From IMG/VR virus record IMGVR_UViG_3300045988_119876, positions 1-64,000 of that record: DNA of 64,000 bases. One strand, 5' to 3'. How positions within the stretch are numbered: the first letter of the stretch is position 1; each line of letters begins with the position of its first letter. The stretch comes from a virus. The translations under genes and the position numbers were made by a program. The notes under the pieces are model-generated. The model did not search any database. It was given only the letters and a program-made list of their open reading frames with translations, and was not told where the DNA came from. Shown here in pieces: positions 1-9,036 of this stretch.

Positions 1-108
1 AAGGATAGGTTACCAAACGAAGATCACAAGAAGATGGTTTTTGAAATCTTGAATGATACGAAAAAAGAGTACGGAAGATATAATAATTGCGGAACAAAAG
101 TATTGTAA
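1..108 (+). CDS. 3' end of a gene starting upstream of the window (partial)
   Basis: frame-1 ORF open from window edge to TAA 106-108; same strand as following early genes. Confidence 0.3.
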   Translation, partial: KDRLPNEDHKKMVFEILNDTKKEYGRYNNCGTKVL

Positions 109-165
109 TAAAGAGTAGAAAACAATATGTTTATGTAATATTAGTTTTTTCATTTTTATTGAAAG

Positions 166-206
166 GAGCGCCGGCCTGTGAAGGTATGCGCTCTTTGTAT
201 TTGTAT
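166..206 (+). terminator. putative intrinsic terminator
   Basis: stem gagcgc/gcgctc (166-171/188-193) followed by T-rich tttgtatttgtat. Confidence 0.3.
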
Positions 207-227
207 AATGCATAAAACAATAATAAT

Positions 228-482
228 ATGACAGAGAATAGTATAGACGTAAATATCGTACCTGTAAAGAATGGTATGAAACGTGTTGTGGTATCATATT
301 ACCATTATTCACGCAAGGAGAAAGATCGCATGAGTTCCCAAACGGATTACGTTTGGGAAACAAAGAATGAAGAAATGTTTAAATACTTTGAGGCCAGGAG
401 GACAAAAGTATTTTATAGTCAGATTCGTGCCATGTGTAGATTCTATGGCAAGAAAAATGTACGTAAATACAAAAAGTTATGA
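228..482 (+). CDS. hypothetical protein (84 aa)
   Basis: ORF track; stop overlaps next start (ATGA). Confidence 0.5.
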   Translation: MTENSIDVNIVPVKNGMKRVVVSYYHYSRKEKDRMSSQTDYVWETKNEEMFKYFEARRTKVFYSQIRAMCRFYGKKNVRKYKKL

Positions 483-1273
483 TATTAAAAACGACAACCA
501 ACGAGTTTTGTTTCATTAACGTAAGTTTCTACGAAACAATAGCAGATCCTCGTCATTTCTTTGAACAGGATTATGAAGAGATGCCAGAATATGAGGAGGA
601 ATCGGATTTTGATTTTGATTCTTATTACAATAAGTTTATTCCTTTTGTACAGGAATGGGCGAATGAGGTAAGTGAACGCCTTTACGGATATGGCGTGAAT
701 AGTATAAAGGTAACATCGGTCGGATATCCGAAAGAATATAATTATGGTACTGATTGGATGAACGTAGAGGTAGAGTTTTGTGATGAATGGAGGCAAAAGA
801 TGTTATCTAACATTAGTAAGATTGTCAATGATGATAAATGCAAGAAGTATGCGGAGACTAATTACCGGTCGGTATCAGGATACATCTTTTTAGGACCTGA
901 AGATTTAAAGGAATTTGAAAAGGAAATAATAGAAAGAAAGTCGGATTCCGGATATGATGTAACAATATTATTAAATATGTATCTAACTTTGGCTTTTGTA
1001 AAAGAATTTGGATTTAAAGCCGGAGAAGCATGGAGTGAAATAACAGAATATGCTTACGGATGTTTATCGTATTCCGATTTTGCAACAACAGAGATGCTTA
1101 TACCGGAAGGTTCGGAGCATTTATTCAAAGACATTTACACGGCAAAGGCCGACGAATTATATCATCATGTCCTGGATAAATTCGGATGGGCGTGGCGTGA
1201 TCCGAAATATAAGTCAGAAACAGAATTATGCGCGATGCTAAAGTGGGCAAAAGAAAAAAGGCTTGACCATTGA
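479..1273 (+). CDS. hypothetical protein (264 aa)
   Basis: ORF track; long ORF, acidic N-terminal region. Confidence 0.6.
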   Translation: MILKTTTNEFCFINVSFYETIADPRHFFEQDYEEMPEYEEESDFDFDSYYNKFIPFVQEWANEVSERLYGYGVNSIKVTSVGYPKEYNYGTDWMNVEVEFCDEWRQKMLSNISKIVNDDKCKKYAETNYRSVSGYIFLGPEDLKEFEKEIIERKSDSGYDVTILLNMYLTLAFVKEFGFKAGEAWSEITEYAYGCLSYSDFATTEMLIPEGSEHLFKDIYTAKADELYHHVLDKFGWAWRDPKYKSETELCAMLKWAKEKRLDH

Positions 1274-1352
1274 AGAGTTAAGTATTTAATTGTTAAACAT
1301 AAGGCAGTAGTGGTGCGTGAGTATAGGTGCTGCCGTTAAAATATTTTATAAG

Positions 1353-1601
1353 ATGAAAAAAGAAGAGATTCAAACTATTTTATACACAATCAAAGAAGGA
1401 GACAGTATTAAAATCAAAGTACAAGACAAAAGTGAAGAGATAAGACTGCGGGATCATGTAAGAAGAGTACAGAAATACGGATACAGGTTTTGTTTGTCTC
1501 ATTTACATGATGGAATTTTCTATCTGGAGAAGTTGAAAGAAGGGGATAAGGATAAATACTATAGAGTAATAAACAGAGGAAATGGAAAGACCGGAATATA
1601 A
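1353..1601 (+). CDS. hypothetical protein (ATG at 1353 inside track ORF 1317..1601)
   Basis: ORF track; first ATG in frame (MKKEEIQ). Confidence 0.5.
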   Translation: MKKEEIQTILYTIKEGDSIKIKVQDKSEEIRLRDHVRRVQKYGYRFCLSHLHDGIFYLEKLKEGDKDKYYRVINRGNGKTGI

Positions 1602-1875
1602 TAAGCTACGCAAAATGGCTAAGACTACTCCAGGTCTGATAGTGGACGAGGTGCAAAACATGATGCGTGTATCGCTATACGATAATGGGGAACTTAAGAA
1701 GGTGGTAGTAGTAATGAAATGCGATTCTTTTTTACAGTCAAAAAGTAACATAGAAAAGATAATGTTATTATCATCTTCTATAGAAGATAGAAAAAACAAG
1801 GAAAAAAATAAAACAAAATCAGAAAATGAACAGAATAACAAAAATAAGAGAAGAAATAGGAGGAAAACAGGTTGA
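1582..1875 (+). CDS. hypothetical protein with K/N-rich basic tail
   Basis: ORF track; overlaps next gene by 50 nt, start uncertain. Confidence 0.4.
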   Translation: MERPEYNKLRKMAKTTPGLIVDEVQNMMRVSLYDNGELKKVVVVMKCDSFLQSKSNIEKIMLLSSSIEDRKNKEKNKTKSENEQNNKNKRRNRRKTG

Positions 1876-2209
1876 TTTGACCTTTTACGGGCGCTTTTGC
1901 AGCCTTATCGAAGGTGATAGAAAGATAATACTAAGGGCGATAAAAAACGGTCGTAAAAAAGGCGTAATCGGAGCTATTCAGCCTGGGAGACATGATAGAA
2001 TTTGGACCACATGGTCTATTGCTTTTGATGATCTGAAGGTGGGGAATACGGTAGAGTTCAGTACATCTGGAAAATACAATCCAGGTTTTCATTCTACAGA
2101 AAAGTATGTAGGATGTGTAGAATGGATAAAAGGATCGGAATGTGCGATAAAAACCGGCAATGGAATGGCGGTAGTATTAATTAAACACATAGAAAGGGTA
2201 GTAAAATGA
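1826..2209 (+). CDS. hypothetical protein (127 aa)
   Basis: ORF track; AGGAGG-like RBS upstream. Confidence 0.5.
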   Translation: MNRITKIREEIGGKQVDLTFYGRFCSLIEGDRKIILRAIKNGRKKGVIGAIQPGRHDRIWTTWSIAFDDLKVGNTVEFSTSGKYNPGFHSTEKYVGCVEWIKGSECAIKTGNGMAVVLIKHIERVVK

Positions 2210-2490
2210 TGGATTTAAGGATGTTTATAGACCTATTTCAGGAGATTGAGGTAGAAAACTTGTTTAAAGCGTTAGATTTATGTATGGAATATGTAAGATT
2301 AGATTTACATGTGTTTAATGTAGGAGCTCATGTAACGTGTTCATACAGCAATGATCTTGAATCTCTTTCACAGGCAGAAGGTTGTAATGTGAATATGATA
2401 ATAGAGGTACCCTACTTATTCGAAGCATTCATGGAATATGCTTCACCGGAAATGAAGTTGTATTATGAAAAACTAACAGAGATAGTATAA
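2206..2490 (+). CDS. hypothetical protein (94 aa)
   Basis: ORF track; ATGA overlap with previous gene. Confidence 0.5.
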   Translation: MMDLRMFIDLFQEIEVENLFKALDLCMEYVRLDLHVFNVGAHVTCSYSNDLESLSQAEGCNVNMIIEVPYLFEAFMEYASPEMKLYYEKLTEIV

Positions 2491-2491
2491 T

Positions 2492-2965
2492 ATGAAAGAA
2501 GAAGTAGAACGGATAAAGAAGTTGGTAGGCATAGATCATAACAGATGGGAGCAACCTTGTACATGTGATAAATGTAAAAACATGTGTAAAGTTCCTTGTA
2601 TTGGTACGCCAAAAGACATAGAGGCTATCATAGATGCCGGATACGCTGACAGGTTAAAAGAAACAATGTGGATGGTAGGGTATCTTGCAGTGAAAGAAAA
2701 ACCAATAGCGATGATCCAGCCAACAGAGAAAGACGGGTGGTGCGCATTCCGCCAGCCGGGCGGTCTCTGCGAGCTGCATGACCTCGGACTAAAGCCGACT
2801 GAAGGAGTTCTGGCTTCTTGTAAGGTGGTTGAAGAAGACGATATTCCGACATACGAAACATCCGTACTTAGAGCAGTAGCTCACGAGTGGGTTAAGGTGG
2901 AGAACTTTGGAAATGTAATGAAGGTCGTTTTTAAATTTTTGCATGAAAATGAACGTAGAAAATAA
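2492..2965 (+). CDS. hypothetical Cys-rich protein (CTCDKCKNMCKVPC)
   Basis: ORF track; clustered cysteines suggest metal binding. Confidence 0.55.
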   Translation: MKEEVERIKKLVGIDHNRWEQPCTCDKCKNMCKVPCIGTPKDIEAIIDAGYADRLKETMWMVGYLAVKEKPIAMIQPTEKDGWCAFRQPGGLCELHDLGLKPTEGVLASCKVVEEDDIPTYETSVLRAVAHEWVKVENFGNVMKVVFKFLHENERRK

Positions 2966-3353
2966 ATTAAATAAAGTGGTTAAGATCCTAAAAGAAAAAG
3001 GATTCGTAGTATATAGAAAGGGCGGGAAGGAGCCAGGTGTATTTTATGCCAAAGAAGGTGACAGCCGGATAGGATTCGTTTATCCAAACAACGGATATAT
3101 ATACGACAGGATAAAAATGTGGTCTTTTTCAAGGGTGTATAAACCACATAAGAAAACCGGATCTTCGTGTTTAATGTGTGTCAGCGACGAATTTACTATA
3201 GAAAATGCGATTAAGAACATAGAGGATAGACTGTGGGTGAATTACATAAAAGACGGTAACAGAAAACGACCAGAAGAATATAAAAATATAAGAGAATTTG
3301 TTGGTAGCTTCACTAAATTCTACAACTCTGTAGAATTAGTTGAGGTTAAGTAG
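2943..3353 (+). CDS. hypothetical protein (136 aa)
   Basis: ORF track. Confidence 0.5.
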   Translation: MKMNVENKLNKVVKILKEKGFVVYRKGGKEPGVFYAKEGDSRIGFVYPNNGYIYDRIKMWSFSRVYKPHKKTGSSCLMCVSDEFTIENAIKNIEDRLWVNYIKDGNRKRPEEYKNIREFVGSFTKFYNSVELVEVK

Positions 3354-3373
3354 TTTTCCATGTAAGTTAGTTA

Positions 3374-3411
3374 CCGGCACTGGTCTGCGAAGATAGGTGC
3401 CGTTTTTTTTA
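3374..3411 (+). terminator. rho-independent terminator
   Basis: stem ccggcac/gtgccg with 16-nt loop followed by T8 (3403-3410), directly after stop of 2943..3353. Confidence 0.6.
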
Positions 3412-3431
3412 TTCAAGAAAGGAGGACAAAG

Positions 3432-3683
3432 ATGGAGAAAAGAGACAAGAAGATGCCTTACGAGGTAGTCATACAGGAAAGAAAAAGAGTGGATTTATAC
3501 GGTAACGTAGTGTATTATATCTATTGGTTTGATAAATATGGGTACAATATCACAAAAGAATGGAAATTCTGGAGCAAGGGCCCGAAAAAGAAATACGATA
3601 GAGTTAATCGTTATCTAACGGATAGTTGGCTGAAGGAATACTGTGGGAATAACGATTTAAAGATAAGGAGAATAAAGGAATGA
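3432..3683 (+). CDS. hypothetical protein (83 aa)
   Basis: ORF track; strong RBS aaggagg 8 nt upstream. Confidence 0.55.
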   Translation: MEKRDKKMPYEVVIQERKRVDLYGNVVYYIYWFDKYGYNITKEWKFWSKGPKKKYDRVNRYLTDSWLKEYCGNNDLKIRRIKE

Positions 3684-4195
3684 AAAAGATAAAAGTAGAC
3701 AAAGTGATATTATATTACATGGATCGGGTAGACCCTGACGGGAACCTATACCGGTTCTATGTATATAAAGGCATGGCATCTGAAATAGAATACTTTTGCA
3801 CGGAAAAGGCAGGCAATATGACTATACCAATCGGAGAAGGAGAGTATGTCAAGATTGTACCAAAAGAAATAGAGAAAATACCAGTAAGGGGATATAGGAA
3901 GCTTACTGGAATATGGAATCGTGAAACATGTAACGGGAAGGGATGGTATAGGCTTTTTAATTATTTCAAATACAAGCCGACCCTATGTTATTTTAAAAAA
4001 GCGGGACATGGTGAAAATGGGAACACAAGATACGAAATATCATTATTTAACAACATTATAAATGTGACAAGATATTTTAATCTGTGGAGAATGAAGCCAG
4101 GAAAGTATGCTATGGTAACAAACGAGTGTGGCGCCTTGGATGTTATAAAAGAAAAATTTGACAACATAAATATAGTGGAATATGGATCTGAATGA
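3680..4195 (+). CDS. hypothetical protein (171 aa)
   Basis: ORF track; aaggag RBS; ATGA overlap. Confidence 0.55.
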   Translation: MKKIKVDKVILYYMDRVDPDGNLYRFYVYKGMASEIEYFCTEKAGNMTIPIGEGEYVKIVPKEIEKIPVRGYRKLTGIWNRETCNGKGWYRLFNYFKYKPTLCYFKKAGHGENGNTRYEISLFNNIINVTRYFNLWRMKPGKYAMVTNECGALDVIKEKFDNINIVEYGSE

Positions 4196-4550
4196 ATTGT
4201 ACAAAGAAATAGAAAAAGCAGAGGTTGATCTGAATGCAAAAAGATTAAAGTACATCAAAGAGGCATTAGTGGAGAACGGTGGAAGTATAAAGCTAAAATT
4301 CAAAGAATTTAAAGAGTTTAAAGAAACTAATGATGTGTTTGACTTCGATGATCAGTTTCCGGTGATAATAGAAATTGCTGGGATTCCTATGTATTTAACG
4401 GAAGTGTATGTCAAAAAAAACGATTTTCGTATAGTTCTGCTGGATTATGATGATATGACTTTAGGTGATTATGATAATACAGGGGAAAATGAACAGGTTG
4501 CTTATTTTATTAACTATTGTTTAAATCAAGACAAAGATGGGAAAGAGTAG
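4182..4550 (+). CDS. hypothetical acidic protein (122 aa)
   Basis: ORF track. Confidence 0.5.
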   Translation: MDLNELYKEIEKAEVDLNAKRLKYIKEALVENGGSIKLKFKEFKEFKETNDVFDFDDQFPVIIEIAGIPMYLTEVYVKKNDFRIVLLDYDDMTLGDYDNTGENEQVAYFINYCLNQDKDGKE

Positions 4551-4725
4551 AAAAGATTATGAGAAGTTTCTTAACTCCATATCTCCAGATAGAGACGATG
4601 AAGCATGGGTTATTGGAGGAAAGAACAGGTATTGCGGTAGAGAGAATTATGGCACTATGATCAAAAGGTATGATCCTATTGGTTTTAATGTAGGGTACAG
4701 GGAGTGGGTAGAACAGCCAGGGTAA
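4537..4725 (+). CDS. hypothetical protein (62 aa)
   Basis: ORF track; overlaps previous stop. Confidence 0.4.
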   Translation: MGKSRKDYEKFLNSISPDRDDEAWVIGGKNRYCGRENYGTMIKRYDPIGFNVGYREWVEQPG

Positions 4726-4808
4726 GGCGACGCCTGCCCTGCCATGAGGTCGGCCTGGCTGTTCGTGACCAGGACCGTACATTAGTCAGATAGTGAACAG
4801 CGAAAACA

Positions 4809-5099
4809 ATGCATAAAATGGGAAACGAATTAAAACTTAACAGCGCAGAAGAAGCAGAAGTAGTCTTAATAAGATTAACTCCAGAAGAGTATCCTATTGC
4901 GTACGCAAATAAGGTGAAATGTTTAATGCTTTCAGGTCTTAGCAAGAAAGAAGCTGAGAGGATGGCGATGGAGCCAATAGATCTTGAACTGTATTATGAA
5001 GTAGGTGTAGGACTGATGGCGGTAGAACCTGGAGCGGTGGAAGCCGGAACAATATACAGTCCATATTCAGGGGAATTATATGACAATTCAAAAATTTAA
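4809..5099 (+). CDS. hypothetical protein (96 aa)
   Basis: ORF track. Confidence 0.5.
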   Translation: MHKMGNELKLNSAEEAEVVLIRLTPEEYPIAYANKVKCLMLSGLSKKEAERMAMEPIDLELYYEVGVGLMAVEPGAVEAGTIYSPYSGELYDNSKI

Positions 5100-5130
5100 T
5101 GAGGTAATTATATACCTAAAATAATAGCTT

Positions 5131-5445
5131 ATGACATTCAAAGAATTTATGAAAGAAGTGGGCTATAACCTAATGACTACCTTTTGGGAAGATTTCAGCA
5201 TAGCCGACAAGTATGGTATAGCAGGTGTCAAGGATACCTACAGACGTGCGTTTAATGAATGGAAAGATGATTATAAGTTTTTCACGGAATTAACGCTTGT
5301 ATTGAATCATAAAATCTGGCAGCATTATGAAGGTGATCGCGAACTGGCTGCATTGTATGACCGGTTGTGGCGGGAAGCTGACGAGTATGCCATGAACAAC
5401 TTTAAGGGAGAAGAACTTGATTATTATTACAGAATAACAGATTAG
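5131..5445 (+). CDS. hypothetical protein (104 aa)
   Basis: ORF track. Confidence 0.5.
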   Translation: MTFKEFMKEVGYNLMTTFWEDFSIADKYGIAGVKDTYRRAFNEWKDDYKFFTELTLVLNHKIWQHYEGDRELAALYDRLWREADEYAMNNFKGEELDYYYRITD

Positions 5446-5447
5446 CT

Positions 5448-5627
5448 ATGTTATATCCGTTTTCATTGACGCTTGATTTATATATACAAGCCGAATCGTT
5501 TGAAGAAGCCAAGAAATTAGCGGAAGCATACGTTCAAGATGCTTCGTTAGATACGACTGACTATCCGGAAATAGTGCAGGATGTGTTGGAAGTAGCAGAG
5601 TATGGGATTATTGATGTAGAACAATAA
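5448..5627 (+). CDS. small hypothetical protein (59 aa, below ORF-track cutoff)
   Basis: ATG 5448 to TAA 5625-5627 fills an otherwise empty 188-nt gap in a densely packed operon. Confidence 0.3.
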   Translation: MLYPFSLTLDLYIQAESFEEAKKLAEAYVQDASLDTTDYPEIVQDVLEVAEYGIIDVEQ

Positions 5628-5633
5628 ACAATC

Positions 5634-5954
5634 ATGGAAGCGAAAATCAAAATAGCCGTATTATGTTTTGATGTCTCAGATATTGATATTATCACGGTAA
5701 ACAACAGATTAATGGAAACACTAAAACAGAATATAGATCTTCCAGAAAAAGAAAAGTTGAGAAGATTGAAGGAAGCCAAGGGAGGGACATGGTATGACGG
5801 ATGGCGACCATACTGTATGATGTGCAACAGAAGTGACAGGATGGTTAGTGAACCTTATGGTTTTAAGTGTCCACAGTGTGGGAATATGATAGGATTTAAT
5901 CTAAAGAGATTGAAGGAATCACCATTAAATAATGCTTCCAAGGAGGTTATTTGA
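5634..5954 (+). CDS. hypothetical zinc-ribbon protein (CMMC...CPQC)
   Basis: ORF track; two CxxC pairs. Confidence 0.5.
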   Translation: MEAKIKIAVLCFDVSDIDIITVNNRLMETLKQNIDLPEKEKLRRLKEAKGGTWYDGWRPYCMMCNRSDRMVSEPYGFKCPQCGNMIGFNLKRLKESPLNNASKEVI

Positions 5955-5994
5955 TACAAGATGTGAAATATAATAAACAAAAAAAAATAGCGAA

Positions 5995-6279
5995 ATGAAA
6001 GAATTTATATTTGAAGTAGAAAGAAGGGTTTATGGATGGATGAAAGATAGATTATCCATTGAAGCAGAAACACCAGAAGAGGCTTTGGAAAAGCTTAAAG
6101 AAATGGCAGAGGATGGAACCAAAAATGGATGGGATGAAGATAGGGTCAGATTAGAGAGCTCTGAATTTGACTATTATGAGGTAGAGTATCCTACTGTGGA
6201 AGAAAATAAGGGAGCTACAATTTTTATTTCACATTTAGATTCTTGTTTAGGATGGGATAATGAGGAGGAAGAAAAATGA
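5995..6279 (+). CDS. hypothetical protein (94 aa)
   Basis: ORF track; preceded by AAAAAAAATAGCGAA motif. Confidence 0.5.
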   Translation: MKEFIFEVERRVYGWMKDRLSIEAETPEEALEKLKEMAEDGTKNGWDEDRVRLESSEFDYYEVEYPTVEENKGATIFISHLDSCLGWDNEEEEK

Positions 6280-6728
6280 AAGGAACGATAGTAACAGGTA
6301 GCCTGATTGTATTCAGCGACGGATTTGTTTGGAAAAGATTGTCCAACGAAAAAGCCTACAAGATATGGGTGTCGGCAGAAAATGAAGATTTTGAGTTATA
6401 CAAGGTGAGGGTAGATGATGAGTCTGAGTCATTGATAGAGAGTCTTGAAGACTTGCAGGACGCCTTTAAACAAGATCATCATGTATGTATAGAAGTAGGT
6501 AAGCTACCATATAGCATTGGTTTAAATTACTTACGAAATCTGCAAGAGTTATCGGTGGAAGCTGTGGAGTATCTAACAGGACCAAAAGAATATAGCAGGG
6601 AACAGGCATTTAACATCATTCGAGAGTGGGCTAAAGAGTTTACAGAGAAATATGGGAATTATGATTTCGATGGATCATACTATGATGAAATAGATGAATT
6701 TATTGATAAAAAGTTAGGAACTATTTAA
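6276..6728 (+). CDS. hypothetical protein (150 aa)
   Basis: ORF track; ggagga RBS; ATGA overlap. Confidence 0.55.
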   Translation: MKGTIVTGSLIVFSDGFVWKRLSNEKAYKIWVSAENEDFELYKVRVDDESESLIESLEDLQDAFKQDHHVCIEVGKLPYSIGLNYLRNLQELSVEAVEYLTGPKEYSREQAFNIIREWAKEFTEKYGNYDFDGSYYDEIDEFIDKKLGTI

Positions 6729-6739
6729 AATATAAAGAC

Positions 6740-7549
6740 ATGGAAGACGATCTTATTACAACAAAAGAAGTAGGCGATTATCGCATTAAAGTGTATTATT
6801 GTCATGATTCAGAATGCCCTATAACTAATTGGGGTTTGTTTGGGTCATTCTTTTTTGAATACTCTGATACGCATCGATTGCATGATGAATGCAATTGGAA
6901 AACTTTCTTCTACGATAACAAGCATGATCTTAGAGATGTTATTGATGCTATTGTAATGAAGCATATAAAACAGAAAGACATTGTAAAATATTTAAAGAAA
7001 GGGGAAGCGAATGAGATCTCATTTACATACAACAGAGGTGACAATGTATGGGAGTTGAAGCATAAGACAAGTCCATATATAGGTCAAGAGTTTTTTCCAA
7101 GTGATTTGACGGACTTTGATTACAGAGGAGAATTAATAGAGGATCTGGATGACGAAGATTTGTTAGATATCATATCCAAATACGGAAAAGATGTGGTGGC
7201 TATAGAGTGGTCAACAAGGGGTTATAGTCAAGGTGATTATATAAAAGGGATAGCATACGTTACAAAAGAAAAATATGATAATGAAGTCTGCGACAAAGAA
7301 GGAGACTGGAAAGAAGATTGTGCCAAGATTATAGATGATGAAGTAAAGTCCATAGGTATGTGGATGTGGGGAGATGTAAAAGGGTACGTTCTTGAAAAGA
7401 AGGTAGCATTTACCAAGAAATACGAAGATGAATCCAGGGAGAATGAAGAGGGAGAAGAATGGGAAGAGGTTGATTCCTGTTGGGATTGTTATATGGAAAC
7501 AGACGAATTGATAGAAGAAATAATGGAAGAACATAACTTGAAAGAATAA
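6740..7549 (+). CDS. hypothetical protein with acidic C-terminus (269 aa)
   Basis: ORF track. Confidence 0.55.
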   Translation: MEDDLITTKEVGDYRIKVYYCHDSECPITNWGLFGSFFFEYSDTHRLHDECNWKTFFYDNKHDLRDVIDAIVMKHIKQKDIVKYLKKGEANEISFTYNRGDNVWELKHKTSPYIGQEFFPSDLTDFDYRGELIEDLDDEDLLDIISKYGKDVVAIEWSTRGYSQGDYIKGIAYVTKEKYDNEVCDKEGDWKEDCAKIIDDEVKSIGMWMWGDVKGYVLEKKVAFTKKYEDESRENEEGEEWEEVDSCWDCYMETDELIEEIMEEHNLKE

Positions 7550-7553
7550 GGAG

Positions 7554-7946
7554 ATGGGGAGATCACGAGGGTGTATTATCAGAAAGAACACCAAAGAATT
7601 AAGAGAAAGCCTCATGTCATTAAGATATCGTTGGTTGGTGAAAGAAAAAGGAGCTAATTGCATAGTCACAAATCCAGAAATATTAAAATACATGGAATTG
7701 CGAGAAAAATCAGTAGAAGCATGGAAGGATGAAGGATGGATAGATTGTGGAGCCAATGATGATATGTTTCTGGCTATAGCAGCATTAGCAAATAATACTG
7801 ACTTAGGTCAATGGCTGATAGTGACAGACGCCACAGGAGACAGGTGGGTAGAATGCGAAGAGCCCAGGTTCAGGGGAGACGCGGGCTGCATTACATGGCG
7901 TAAGGCTACAGTAGATGAAATTATTGAACATTTTAAAAACAGATAA
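7554..7946 (+). CDS. hypothetical protein (130 aa)
   Basis: ORF track; aaggag RBS. Confidence 0.5.
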   Translation: MGRSRGCIIRKNTKELRESLMSLRYRWLVKEKGANCIVTNPEILKYMELREKSVEAWKDEGWIDCGANDDMFLAIAALANNTDLGQWLIVTDATGDRWVECEEPRFRGDAGCITWRKATVDEIIEHFKNR

Positions 7947-7948
7947 TT

Positions 7949-8365
7949 ATGGGATATATATGTACAAGATGTGGTGGAACAAATGTTACCTGTGAAGCTA
8001 TAGTAGATCCGAATACCGGAAAAATAATAGATTATTTTGATGGATCTTTCATGCATGCTATTTGCGCGGGTTGTGAAAATGAGGTAATAATATCTAACGT
8101 TGAAGGAGTCAAACATGAAATTGATTTAAGGTTTCATGAATTTGTAGAAAGAACAGGGAAAGAGCCTGAATACGTAGAATGTCAGATTGTATGGAAAGAG
8201 ACAGGAAATGAACAAAGAGAGACAATAAAACTATCATTGAGCATCAACGATGATGATAATGATGATGATGTTTTTTATTATTGCAATGGGATAGAATCGT
8301 TTAAGCAACTTGCTGAATACGGAATGGGAGAATTTATCGTAACATTTTGTTGGAGTTTCTTTTAA
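7949..8365 (+). CDS. hypothetical zinc-ribbon protein (CTRCGG...CAGC)
   Basis: ORF track. Confidence 0.5.
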   Translation: MGYICTRCGGTNVTCEAIVDPNTGKIIDYFDGSFMHAICAGCENEVIISNVEGVKHEIDLRFHEFVERTGKEPEYVECQIVWKETGNEQRETIKLSLSINDDDNDDDVFYYCNGIESFKQLAEYGMGEFIVTFCWSFF

Positions 8366-8402
8366 GAAACATATATAGTTATCATTTTTAATAACATATC
8401 TT

Positions 8403-8795
8403 ATGAAAACACAAGAAGAATACGCATTTGAAATTGACGAAATTGTTCGTCGGGATGTGGAGAGCTGCCAGAGCGACTGGTTTAGAATCGACAAGGAAAT
8501 ATTTATGCAACCGGAAAACAGGAATAAGATATTTATTCTTGGAACCCGGAAGACCGGATGTGATTTAATAATACTGGGTGGCACTAATTGTGATGAAGGT
8601 AGTATGGATTGGCTTTTTGGGAGTCTTGGCAATGAAAACTTCTATGTATGTCAACCGGTATCTTTCTATAAATCACAGCGAGAAATTAAGAAAGTGAATC
8701 CTTTGTATGCTTTCAAGGTGGCTACCGCTTATTTTAGAGAACAAGGGATGATTCCGGTATTTGAAGATGCAAATTGTAAACTAATAAAGCCATGA
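8403..8795 (+). CDS. hypothetical protein (130 aa)
   Basis: ORF track. Confidence 0.5.
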   Translation: MKTQEEYAFEIDEIVRRDVESCQSDWFRIDKEIFMQPENRNKIFILGTRKTGCDLIILGGTNCDEGSMDWLFGSLGNENFYVCQPVSFYKSQREIKKVNPLYAFKVATAYFREQGMIPVFEDANCKLIKP

Positions 8796-9025
8796 TAGAA
8801 ATAATAAGATACAGACTACCTTCTTATTGGGCTTGCCCGTTAATCAACGATGATTACACTGGATTAACGGATGAAGAATGCGAGAAAATAAAACGCTTCT
8901 TGGAAGCAGCAGAAGGTTATCCGGTAGATGTAGACTGGGGAACACAAGGGTTTTACCGTTGTAATGACGCAGGAACACTTCCTGGAGAATGTGCAGATTT
9001 TATTTTTCATAAGTGTAATGATTAA
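8792..9025 (+). CDS. hypothetical protein (77 aa)
   Basis: ORF track; ATGA overlap. Confidence 0.45.
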   Translation: MIEIIRYRLPSYWACPLINDDYTGLTDEECEKIKRFLEAAEGYPVDVDWGTQGFYRCNDAGTLPGECADFIFHKCND

Positions 9026-9036
9026 ATTGAAACAAT

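Noticed and set aside
10-363. Antisense ORFs from the track inside coding regions (e.g. 10..363, 7211..7756, 20058..20630, 30537..30971, 36235..36459)
   Set aside because: They run opposite to uniformly oriented, tightly packed genes, have low-complexity products (poly-Leu/Phe/Ser from AT-rich antisense) and lack start contexts. Treated as spurious.
4720-4800. GC-rich island considered as a tRNA gene
   Set aside because: No 7-bp acceptor stem, no T-arm with a 7-nt TTCRANY loop, and no anticodon arm could be drawn; only a simple hairpin fits.
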